Origin: an uncultured delta proteobacterium
Lineage (GTDB): Bacteria; Desulfobacterota; Binatia; Binatales; Binataceae
Length of the DNA: 64,000 nucleotides
NCBI GenBank assembly: GCA_963808235.1
Contig: CAWEEQ010000004.1
Span: forward strand, 3,328,001-3,392,000
Direction: 5' to 3'
Below, piece after piece: positions 49,279 through 58,703 of the stretch (within the stretch, counting starts at the first letter, position 1; each line of letters starts with the position of its first letter). The notes under the pieces are model-generated. The model saw only the letters and a program-made list of their open reading frames with translations. It was not told the DNA's origin and ran no database searches. Position numbers and translations under genes: made by a program.

Positions 49279-51654
49279 ACGCTTCGCTGCACGTTCTGAT
49301 CGTCGAGGACTCGGCGGACGACGCTGAGCTCGCGATACGGACGCTAAGGCGGGAGGACCGCGATCTGACCTGCCTGCGAGTGGAGACGCCGGAGCGAATG
49401 CTGGAGGCGCTCGAGAGCAAGGACTGGGATCTGGTCATCTCCGACTACTCGATGCCGCGCTTCAACGGGCTGACGGCATTGAAGATTCTGCGCGACACGC
49501 GAGTCGACGTGCCGTTTATCCTGGTCTCGGGGACGGCGGGAGAGGAGCTGGCCGTCGCGGCGTTGAAGAGCGGCGCGAATGACTACATTTTGAAGAGCAA
49601 CCTGGCGCGACTGCCGCTCGCCGTAGAGCGCGAGCTGCGCGATTGCGCGGTCCGCCGCGCGCGCAACCTTGCCGAGGCCCGCTTGCGCACTCTCGCCGAT
49701 TCGGTGCCGGTGGGATTGTACAGAATTTCGCGGCGATGGCGTCGTTCTCGAAGCCAATCCGGCCTTGGTCGAGATGTTGGGATTCAGCGATGGCGACAGT
49801 CTCAAGCGCGCCAACATTGCGAACCTATGGTTGCGGGCGGAGGAGCGCGAGCGGCTGGCGGCGATGCTCCAGCGAGATGGGGTGGTCCAGAACTTCGAGG
49901 CGCAGATGCGCCGGCCTGACGGCAGTGTCATCTGGTGCGAGCAGAGTGCGCGAGCCATCTACAATGCGGCCGGCGAGGTCGAACACTACGAGGGAGTCCT
50001 GGTGGATATCGCCGCCCGCAAGCGCGCGGAGGAAGAGGCAGATCGCGCGCGCGAGCGGGTCCATGAGCTGGCCCTGGAAACCGCGCGACTGCGATCGGAC
50101 TTTCTGGCCAGCATGAGCCACGAGATTCGGACCCCGCTTAACGGAATCATCGGTACCGGAGAGCTGCTCTCGCTTTCCGATTTGACCCCCGAGCAGCGCC
50201 GCCAGACTGAGATCATTCGATCCTGCGGCGAGCTGCTGATGACCATCGTCAACGACATACTCGACTTCTCGAAACTAGCGGCCGGCCGGGCGGTGCTGGA
50301 GAAGCGCGACTTTGACCTCGTCGAGCTGACGGAAACCCTGGTCGATTCTTTTGCGGCAGCTGCCCATGCCAAAGAGATCGAGATTGCGCTGCACGTCGAT
50401 GTAAACATGCCGACCGATTTGCGGGGAGATCCGAGCAGACTGCGCCAGATTCTGAACAACCTGGTGTCGAACGCAATCAAGTTCACTTTGCAGGGCGAAG
50501 TGAACATTCGAGCGAGCCGGGTGGAAGACGACGCCGACGAAGTGCTGGTGCGCTTCGACATCGCCGACACGGGGATTGGAATTCCCGTCGAGGCGCAGGG
50601 GCGCTTGTTTCAACCGTTTGTGCAGGCCGAAGGATCGACCAGCCGGCGCTTCGGAGGCACCGGACTCGGCCTCGTGATCGCGGCCAAACTGATCGATCAA
50701 ATGGGCGGCGAAATTGGATTCGAGAGCACGCCGGGAAGAGGATCGACCTTTCACTTCACCGCGCGGCTCGCAAAGGGATTAAAGATTGTCCGGCCGTGGA
50801 TGACATCCACCGCCATCTCGTGCTTCAGCGAGATGCGCGCGGTGATCGTCAGCGACAGTCCCGCCAGTCGTCAGGCCATCTCCGACTATTTGTCGTCGTG
50901 GGGGATCGAGAACGCGGCCGTCGGCGGCGGGAACGAAGTCCTGGATATCGTGAAGTTGGCGGGCCAACACGACCACAAGCAGATCATTGTTCTTATCGAT
51001 GAACAAACCCGCGGCATCGACGCGCTCCAACTTGCTCATGAAATCAAGGATCGCGTCGATGCCAGACACGACAAGGTGATCATGCTTAGCGCGGAAACGG
51101 CCGCAAAGAATGTGAACCCGGCGGTCGATGCATGGATTACAAAGCCGGTGCGTCCGTCGCATCTGTTCAGTTGCCTACTCAAGCTGTCTGGAAATTCCGA
51201 TCGGTTCGGCAGCGACGCGATCGCCGAGGCTCCGTGCAGCCCGATTGGCGATCAGCAGCCGCAATGGCGCAAATCGGTGCGGGTGCTGTTGGTGGACGAC
51301 AACCTCGTGAATCGAACCATGGCGGCGAAACAGCTTTCCATCCTCGGCTACGCGGCGGAAATCGTCGATGGTGCGCGGCGCGGGTTGGAGATCGTGTCGA
51401 GCACTCACCCGGACATTGTCCTGATGGACTGCGAGATGCCGGAAATGGACGGCTACCAGGCGGTCGGCGAGATTAGACGGATCGAAGGAAATGCCCGGCA
51501 CACCGTGGTGATCGCGCTTACCGCGCACGCGACGGAACACGATCGCGGAAAGTGCATCGGAGCCGGGATGGACGATTATCTAAGCAAGCCGCTTAAGCTG
51601 CGAACGCTTGCCGACATGCTCGACACCTGGGCGCATCGCCAACTCAGCCTGTAG
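49275..51654 (+). CDS. Hybrid histidine kinase REC-PAS-HisKA-HATPase-REC-REC; +1 insertion near 49731
   Basis: N-terminal receiver (49275 ORF) joins the 49669 ORF; MSHEIRTPLNGI, GGTGLGL, LMDCEMPEMDG. Confidence 0.9.
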
Positions 51655-51716
51655 CGAACAGCGAATCGCTGTTGTCATGTCGCGCTGACCTGTTTTAGTG
51701 TTCGGCACGTGTTTCG

Positions 51717-52493
51717 ATGTTTCGATTAGACGGAAAGACCGCGATCGTCACCGGCGCCGGCTCGGGAATCGGCCTTGCGATCGCGTCGACGTTCGCACAA
51801 AACGGCGCGCGCGTGTTCGCTCTTGATCGCGATCTCAAAGCGGCCAGCGCCGCCGTCGAGACTATTCGCGCGGCTGGCGGCGCGGCGTCGGCGCTGGAAT
51901 GCGACGTCGCCGTCGCGGCCTCGGTGCTATCAGCCTTCGCGCGGATCGATTCCGATCGCGACGCGCCGCGCATCGACATCCTCGTTAACAACGCGGGCAT
52001 CGCTCATATCGGCACCGTCGAGAGCACTTCTGAAGACGACCTCGACCGAATCTACGCGGTCAATGTGAAGGGAATCTTTTTGTGCTCTCAGGCCGCAGTG
52101 CGCAGGATGCTCAAGACCGGCGGCGGCGTAATCCTCAACATGGCGTCGATCGCGTCGCTCATCGGCCTCACCGACCGCTTCGCGTACTCGATGAGCAAGG
52201 GCGCGGTGCTGACGATGACCCGATCGATCGCGGTCGACTACGTCAAGCGCGGCATCCGATGCAATTGCATCTGTCCGGCGCGAGTTCACACTCCATTCGT
52301 GGACGGCTATTTGCGCACGACCTATCCGGGCCGCGAAGCGGAGATGTTCCGCCAACTGTCGGAGTATCAGCCGCTCGGCAGGATGGGCACGCCCGAGGAA
52401 GTCGCGGCGCTCGCGCTCTACCTGTGCTCGGACGAAGCGTCGTTCATCACCGGGCAGGCGTATCCAATCGACGGCGGCGTGCTCGCATTCTGA
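51717..52493 (+). CDS. SDR oxidoreductase, 2-keto-3-deoxy-L-fuconate dehydrogenase-like
   Basis: TGAGSGIG, NNAG, RFAYSMSKGAV, ICPARVHTPFV; sugar-acid gene context. Confidence 0.85.
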   Translation: MFRLDGKTAIVTGAGSGIGLAIASTFAQNGARVFALDRDLKAASAAVETIRAAGGAASALECDVAVAASVLSAFARIDSDRDAPRIDILVNNAGIAHIGTVESTSEDDLDRIYAVNVKGIFLCSQAAVRRMLKTGGGVILNMASIASLIGLTDRFAYSMSKGAVLTMTRSIAVDYVKRGIRCNCICPARVHTPFVDGYLRTTYPGREAEMFRQLSEYQPLGRMGTPEEVAALALYLCSDEASFITGQAYPIDGGVLAF

Positions 52494-52503
52494 CCGTGAA
52501 AAA

Positions 52504-52836
52504 ATGAAACAGTACGGCCGCACGATCAATCTGAAAGACGATCCGAAGACGATCGAGCGCTACCTCGAACATCATCGCGCGATCTGGCCCGAGGTCGAGC
52601 GCGGGCTGAAGTCAATCGGCATCCAGCGGATGCTCATCTACAAGCTCGGCCGCCAGCTCTTCATGTTCATGGAGACGATCGACGAATTCGATCCCGAGCG
52701 CGACTTCGCCCGCTACGAGACGGCCGATCCGCGCAATCGCGAATGGCAGGCGTTGATGGCCTCGATGCAGGAGCCTGTTCCCGGCGCGCAACCCGGCGAA
52801 TGGTGGGCCGAAATGAAGCTGGTCTTCGAGCTCTGA
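52504..52836 (+). CDS. L-rhamnose/L-fucose mutarotase family
   Basis: Y..HH.AIWPEV, LFMFMET, W..M..VF. Confidence 0.9.
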   Translation: MKQYGRTINLKDDPKTIERYLEHHRAIWPEVERGLKSIGIQRMLIYKLGRQLFMFMETIDEFDPERDFARYETADPRNREWQALMASMQEPVPGAQPGEWWAEMKLVFEL

Positions 52837-52844
52837 CGCGCTTT

Positions 52845-54146
52845 CTACTTCTTCCACTCGCAGCCGGTGGGGAATTCAAAGGCGTCGAGCGATTCGGGGA
52901 GCATCTCGATGCTGAATCCCGGCGCGGTTGGCGCGATGTACCTGGCGCCGCGCACAACTACCGGATCTTTGAAGTGCTCGTGCAGATGATCTGCGAACTC
53001 GATCATCCGGTTCTCGAGACTACCGCTCACGCAGATGTAATCGATCAGCGAGACGTGCTGTGCGTATTCGCATAGCCCGATTCCACCCGCATGTGGGCAG
53101 ACCGGAACTCCGAACTTCGCCGCCATCAGCAGGACCGCGAGCGCTTCGTTCAGTCCGCCGAGACGGCAATTGTCGAACTGGCAGAAGTCGATTGCACCAG
53201 CCTGCATCAACTGTTTGAACATCACGCGATTGGCCGCGTGCTCGCCGGTCGCAACTCCAATCGGAGCAATCGCGCGGCGAATCGTGGCGTGACCGAGAAT
53301 ATCGTCGGGGCTGGTCGGCTCCTCGATCCACAGCGGCTTGAAGCGCGCGAGCGGACGCATGAACTCGATCGCCTCGCCGACGTCCCACGCCTGGTTCGCG
53401 TCCATCATCATCGTCGCGTCGGGACCGATCTCCTCGCGCACCAGTTCAGCGCGATGCACGTTAGCAGCCGAGTCGCGCCCGACCTTGATCTTGAACTTCG
53501 TCCATCCTAGCGCGAGCGATTCGCGACAGAGCCGCCGCACTTTGTCATCCGGATATCCCATCCATCCCGCCGACGTGATGTAGGCCGGGTAACCCTCTTT
53601 TCGGATCTGTGCTTCGCGCGCTGCGCGGGTGTCCAATTTGTTGCGCAAAATCTCGAGCGCCTCGTCGCGGGTGAGTGCGTCGGTGATATAACGAAAATCG
53701 ACGCACGCAACGATTTGCTCGGGAGTCATGTCGGCGACCAGCTTCCATACCGGCTTGCGCTCGACCTTTGCATACAAGTCCCAGACCGCATTGACGATCG
53801 CCGCCGTCGCTAGATGAATCGCGCCCTTCTCCGGACCGATCCACCGGAGCTGGCTTTCGTGAACGAGCCGATCCCAGAACGCGCCCATATCGGCAACGAT
53901 CGATTCCAGCGTCGAGCCCACCACCAAATGCTGCAGTGCGCGCACGGCCGCGACTACAACTTCGTTGCCGCGCCCGAGCGTGAAGGTCATTCCGTGCCCT
54001 TCGAGATTGTCGCGCGCGTCGGTCGTCAGCACGACGTAGGTCGCGGAATAATCGGGATCGGTATGCATCGCGTCCGAGCCGGCCAGCGTTCTCGAGGTCG
54101 GTGTTCGGATGTCGCGGACCGAGAGTCCCGATATTGTTCGCGCCAT
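52845..54146 (-). CDS. L-fuconate dehydratase-like enolase-superfamily enzyme
   Basis: GSDAMHTDPDYS, KIKVG, DANQAW, WIEEPTSPDD, TGEH, VCPHAGG. Confidence 0.93.
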   Translation of the reverse strand: MARTISGLSVRDIRTPTSRTLAGSDAMHTDPDYSATYVVLTTDARDNLEGHGMTFTLGRGNEVVVAAVRALQHLVVGSTLESIVADMGAFWDRLVHESQLRWIGPEKGAIHLATAAIVNAVWDLYAKVERKPVWKLVADMTPEQIVACVDFRYITDALTRDEALEILRNKLDTRAAREAQIRKEGYPAYITSAGWMGYPDDKVRRLCRESLALGWTKFKIKVGRDSAANVHRAELVREEIGPDATMMMDANQAWDVGEAIEFMRPLARFKPLWIEEPTSPDDILGHATIRRAIAPIGVATGEHAANRVMFKQLMQAGAIDFCQFDNCRLGGLNEALAVLLMAAKFGVPVCPHAGGIGLCEYAQHVSLIDYICVSGSLENRMIEFADHLHEHFKDPVVVRGARYIAPTAPGFSIEMLPESLDAFEFPTGCEWKK

Positions 54147-54223
54147 GATCGCTTACCCTCGACGGCATGGTAGCATCGCGCGACTGGCGATGACGACCGA
54201 ATCGCGAATAGCCTCCGACTGAT

Positions 54224-55303
54224 GTGCGCCAAACTGATCTGCGCCAGACTGATCTGCGCCAGACATGGCCGCGTCCGTCGGCGCCGAAACCGATCGTCGT
54301 GATCGGCGCCGGCAGTATCGTTCGCGACGCGCATCTGCCGACCTACAAACGGCTCGGATTTCCAGTGGCCGGAATTTTCGACGTCAATCCCGAGGCCAGC
54401 CGCGACAAGGCTCGGGCGTTCGCGATCGCGCACGTGTACGGATCGATCGATGAAGCCGCGGCGACCAGAGATGCGATCTTCGATGTCGCGATCCCGCCCG
54501 AAAATATCGCCGCTGTTCTGGAACGATTGCCGCGCGGCGCCGCCGTATTGATTCAAAAGCCGATGGGCCGCGATCTCGCCGACGCGCGCCGTATCCTCTC
54601 TATATGCCGTGAGCGCAGGCTCGTTGCCGCGATGAATTTTCAGCTCCGCTTCGCGCCCAACATGCTCGCGCTCAAGGACGCCCTCGCACGCGGCATCCTC
54701 GGCGAGGTGCTCGACGCTGAAGTGCGCCTCAATCTCCATACGCCGTGGAATTATTGGGCGTTCCTCAAGGGCGTACCGCGGCTCGAGGTTTTGCTGCATT
54801 CGATTCACTATCTCGATTTGATTCGCTCGATGGTCGGCGAGCCGCGCGGCGTTTATTGCAAAGGCGTGCGGCATCCCGCGATGCCCGATTATCCCGACGT
54901 CCGCACCAGCATCATTCTCGACTATGGCGATACGATCCGATGCAGTCTTACGATGAATCATGCGCATACGTTCGGCCCGCGCTTTGGCATGTCGCAGTTG
55001 AAGTTGGAGGGCACTTTGGGCGCCGCGATCGCGAAGATGGGAGTGAATCTGAATTATCCGGAGGGCGAACCGGACACGCTCGAGATCGCGCGTACAGATT
55101 CGCATTGGAGCACGGTTGCGCTTCGCGGCTCGTGGTTCCTCGAGGCTTTCGAAGGCCCGATGTCGAATCTGCAGAGGTTCGTGGCCGGTGAGGATGCTAA
55201 ACTGGTCTCGAGCGTCGAAGACGCAATCCGCACGATGGCGGTGGTCGAGGCGTGCTACGAATCGAGCGTGCACGGCGCAACCCCGATACAATCGATCGAG
55301 TAG
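54224..55303 (+). CDS. Gfo/Idh/MocA oxidoreductase
   Basis: IGAGSIV, QKPMG, NFQLRFAP, HSIHYLD. Confidence 0.9.
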   Translation: MRQTDLRQTDLRQTWPRPSAPKPIVVIGAGSIVRDAHLPTYKRLGFPVAGIFDVNPEASRDKARAFAIAHVYGSIDEAAATRDAIFDVAIPPENIAAVLERLPRGAAVLIQKPMGRDLADARRILSICRERRLVAAMNFQLRFAPNMLALKDALARGILGEVLDAEVRLNLHTPWNYWAFLKGVPRLEVLLHSIHYLDLIRSMVGEPRGVYCKGVRHPAMPDYPDVRTSIILDYGDTIRCSLTMNHAHTFGPRFGMSQLKLEGTLGAAIAKMGVNLNYPEGEPDTLEIARTDSHWSTVALRGSWFLEAFEGPMSNLQRFVAGEDAKLVSSVEDAIRTMAVVEACYESSVHGATPIQSIE

Positions 55304-55330
55304 TAATCTTCGCGGAGGTTCTTGACCGCC

Positions 55331-56014
55331 ATGAGCTCAGACCGCGTCGTTTTTTTGTTTGACGTTGATAACACCCTGATCGACAACGATCACATCGTCG
55401 CCGACATGAAGAGCAACCTGGAGCGCGACATCGGCAACGATCAGCAACAGCGCTACTGGGACTACTTCGAAGAGTTACGCACTGAACTCGGTTACGCTGA
55501 CTATCTCGGCGCGCTGCAGCGCTACCGGGTCAAACATCCGCGCGACTTCGGAATCATCGCGGTGTCGTACTTCCTGATGAACTACCATTTCGCAAACCGC
55601 CTGTTCCCCCGCGCGCTCGACGTGATCGAAAAATACCAACGATATGGCGAGACGACGATCCTCTCCGATGGAGACATGGTCTTTCAGCCGCTCAAGGTCG
55701 AGCGGTCGGGGCTGCGCGAAGCCGTCGATGAAAAGGTGATGATTTACATCCACAAGGAACAGGAACTCGACGACGTTGCGGCGCGCTACCCGGCCGATCA
55801 CTACGTGCTGATCGATGACAAGGTGCGGATTCTCGACGCGGTGAAAAAAGCCTGGGGCAATCGCGTGACCACAGTATTCCCCCGCCAGGGACACTACGCA
55901 GCCGACGCAAAGGAAGTCGCCAAATACCCAACCCCCGACGTAACCGTGGATCGGATCGATCAGTTACTCGAATACGATCTCGCGCGTCTGCGCGCGGCTA
56001 CCAAGCCCGGCTGA
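55331..56014 (+). CDS. HAD-superfamily hydrolase
   Basis: FDVDNTL, LSDGD, IDDK. Confidence 0.9.
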   Translation: MSSDRVVFLFDVDNTLIDNDHIVADMKSNLERDIGNDQQQRYWDYFEELRTELGYADYLGALQRYRVKHPRDFGIIAVSYFLMNYHFANRLFPRALDVIEKYQRYGETTILSDGDMVFQPLKVERSGLREAVDEKVMIYIHKEQELDDVAARYPADHYVLIDDKVRILDAVKKAWGNRVTTVFPRQGHYAADAKEVAKYPTPDVTVDRIDQLLEYDLARLRAATKPG

Positions 56015-56027
56015 GACGCGGACTCGA

Positions 56028-56726
56028 TCACGCGAGATCGAAAAAGAGCACTTCGGCCGGTGACTCCGCGACGATGCTCACTTTCGATTCCTCGCTGATA
56101 GCGGCGCCGTCGCCCTCGGCAAGCGGTTTCGCATTGATCGCGAGTGCGCCGCGCGCCACCTGGATCCATCCGTGTCGTCCCGATTTCAGATCGACGCCGA
56201 CACTCTGCCCGCGCTCGAGCTTCGCGACCGACAAGGCCGCATCCTGATGAATCTTCACCGACTTGCCGCGCCCGTCGCGCGTTGCGATCGGTACGAATGC
56301 TTCCCGCGCCTTGCCAATCTCGATCTCCCGCTGTTCATATCCGGGCGCTATCCCGCGCTGCGACGGCACGATCCAGATTTGTAGGAAATGAACCGGCTCC
56401 GACTTAGAGTGATTGAACTCGCTGTGCGTGATTCCCGCGCCTGCGCTCATCCGCTGCACTTCGCCCGGCCGGATGATCGATCCATTGCCGAGACTATCCT
56501 TATGCTCCAGCGCGCCTTCCAGAACGTAGGTGATGATCTCCATGTCGCGATGACCGTGGGTCGGGAATCCTCCGCCGGCGCGAACCCGGTCCTCGTTGAT
56601 CACGCGGAGCGTGCTGAACCCCATCTCTGCGGGGTCGTAGTATTCGCCGAATGAAAACGTGTGCCGGCTGTCGAGCCAGTCGATCTTCGTGCGTCCACGC
56701 TCGGCCGACTTGCGGATGGTAATCAT
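56028..56726 (-). CDS. Pirin family protein (YhhW-like)
   Basis: SRHTFSF, LRVINED, HGHRDMEI, HSEFN, LQIW. Confidence 0.95.
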   Translation of the reverse strand: MITIRKSAERGRTKIDWLDSRHTFSFGEYYDPAEMGFSTLRVINEDRVRAGGGFPTHGHRDMEIITYVLEGALEHKDSLGNGSIIRPGEVQRMSAGAGITHSEFNHSKSEPVHFLQIWIVPSQRGIAPGYEQREIEIGKAREAFVPIATRDGRGKSVKIHQDAALSVAKLERGQSVGVDLKSGRHGWIQVARGALAINAKPLAEGDGAAISEESKVSIVAESPAEVLFFDLA

Positions 56727-56777
56727 TTGATCCTCCTTCGCGGCGGGACGACCATGAATCTTTGCGCAGATCTCTGC

Positions 56778-58037
56778 TCAGGCCGCCGCGGCTGCGGGAT
56801 TCATCTTCATGCGGATCGGCATGTGCTTTATTCCGCCGACAAAACTCGAACGCAAACGCTCCATCGAGCCTGCCAATTCCGCGTGATCCAATCGCTGCGC
56901 CAGTTGGCTGAAAATCACCTTCAGCTCCAGCCGCGCAAGGTTGGCGCCCAAACAAAAGTGCTCGCCGATACCGAATGCGACGTGCGGGTTCGGGTTGCGG
57001 CTGATGTTGAACTCGAACGGCCGCTCGAAAACTTCCTCGTCGCGATTGCCCGATGGATAAAACAGGCACACCGACTCACCGGCGCGAATCTTCTGCCCGC
57101 GAACCTCGGTATCCGCGCTCGCGGTCCGCGCGAACTGAATGACCGGCGTCGTCCAGCGGACGATTTCCTCGACCGCCGAATCGATCAGCGCCGGATTGCG
57201 CCGTAGCTTCTGCCACTCGCCGGGATTTTCGATGAACGCCTGCAATCCGCCGGTGGTCGCGTTGCGAGTCGTCTCATTGCCGGCCACGACCAGCAGGAAA
57301 TAGTACGAGAGCATCTCGAACTGCGGGATCGATTCACCTTTGATCTTCGCGTTGGCGACGATACTGGTTATGTCGTTGGTCGGATGCTTCATCCGCGACA
57401 CCACCATGTCGCTGAAATACTGGAACAGGCCGAGCCGCGCGCGATCCATGGTTTCCTGAGCGCTGGTCCCCTGCTGAAATTCCGGGTCGCCGCTGCCAAT
57501 CGTCTCGTTGGTCCATTGGAAGAGCTGATCCCAGTCCTGGTGCGGCACGCCGAGCAACTCCGCGATCACCGCCAGCGGAATCTTCGACGATACCTCGGTG
57601 ACGAAGTCGCATTCGGCGCGACCGGTCACGTCGTCGAGCACCTTGCGGGTGATCTTTTCAATTTCCGGTTGCAGCGGACGCACCCCGCGCGGGGTGAAAT
57701 GGCGGCTCACGACCACGCGATATTCGCCATGATCGGGCGGATCCATGTCGAGCAGATGACGGAACGGGGGCGTAGGATTCTCATCCATTCCCGATTCGTT
57801 GACGAACACGAGCAAACGCGGGCCGTTCAGAAACAGATTCGGCTGCTTGGAAATCTGAATGATGTCGGCGTGTTTGGTGATCGCCCAAAACGGATCCGTC
57901 TTCGGATGCTCGCACCACCAGACCGGCTTGTGCTTGCGCAGAAAAGCCCACTCCTTGTGCGGATATCCGTTTTGCGCGTAATGCTCCGGGCCAATTATGT
58001 TGAGCGTTTCGAGTGAGAGTTCCTGCTCTGTGGACAT
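56778..58037 (-). CDS. Cytochrome P450
   Basis: AGNETT, EEIVR, FGIGEHFCLG. Confidence 0.97.
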   Translation of the reverse strand: MSTEQELSLETLNIIGPEHYAQNGYPHKEWAFLRKHKPVWWCEHPKTDPFWAITKHADIIQISKQPNLFLNGPRLLVFVNESGMDENPTPPFRHLLDMDPPDHGEYRVVVSRHFTPRGVRPLQPEIEKITRKVLDDVTGRAECDFVTEVSSKIPLAVIAELLGVPHQDWDQLFQWTNETIGSGDPEFQQGTSAQETMDRARLGLFQYFSDMVVSRMKHPTNDITSIVANAKIKGESIPQFEMLSYYFLLVVAGNETTRNATTGGLQAFIENPGEWQKLRRNPALIDSAVEEIVRWTTPVIQFARTASADTEVRGQKIRAGESVCLFYPSGNRDEEVFERPFEFNISRNPNPHVAFGIGEHFCLGANLARLELKVIFSQLAQRLDHAELAGSMERLRSSFVGGIKHMPIRMKMNPAAAAA

Positions 58038-58170
58038 TGATGGCTGTCTCCGCGATCTTGAGAAAACTTGTCGGGTCCTTGTTGTACCTTAGATTGCCGC
58101 CGTGATTGTCGCCAATCCCGTGAAACGAGTCATCAGGTCAAAGCGGCCTCAATTTTTCAGGCGCGAACCT

Positions 58171-58362
58171 CTAGTCACTAACGGTAATCGCCTGCCGAGG
58201 GCATAACCTCGCCGCCAGCTTGATCTTCTCGCGCATCCGCTCCGGTGGATTCGCGATGAGCACCCGGCTCTTGTCGTCGTCGCCCACCTCGAACTCCTCC
58301 GGCGCCGCCTCCTGGCATCGCATGTTTCCCTCGCAGAGCTGCTGATCGACAACCACTTTCAT
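58171..58362 (-). CDS. [3Fe-4S]-type ferredoxin
   Basis: MKVVVDQQLCEGNMRC...CPRQAI; AGGAG RBS; upstream of P450. Confidence 0.92.
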   Translation of the reverse strand: MKVVVDQQLCEGNMRCQEAAPEEFEVGDDDKSRVLIANPPERMREKIKLAARLCPRQAITVSD

Positions 58363-58586
58363 CGGACTCTCCTTGCTGCGCTCTTGACGGATCACGTCGA
58401 TCATATAAGAGGAGGACTCAAACGACCAGATTTCGCGTTCCGATGCGCGGACGTCATTCTTCGTGTTCGATGAATCAGTTTTTTCTTCGACGCGATCCGC
58501 GATCGATCGCGACTTGCTTCGATTCGCTTCATACCGCGACTCGAGATCGAATCGCGCGCCGTGTATACACCACTCGTAGTCATCAT

Positions 58587-58612
58587 AACTAAGACTTAGT
58601 GCTATCTTAGTT
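58587..58612. promoter_or_regulatory. Candidate operator in divergent promoter
   Basis: AACTAAGA-N10-TCTTAGTT containing nested ACTAAG-a-CTTAGT. Confidence 0.5.
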
Positions 58613-58703
58613 CCCTGGAGCACACGCGCGTTCGCGTGAATCCTTGCGCTCAGGTGGTTCTTCCTGCGATACCGGAAGCTGCTTCGGATGCCGGGGGTTT
58701 TTT

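Noticed and set aside
58362-58623. 150-aa version of the ferredoxin ORF
   Set aside because: The upstream extension is non-homologous and spans the promoter; the AGGAG RBS supports ATG 58362.
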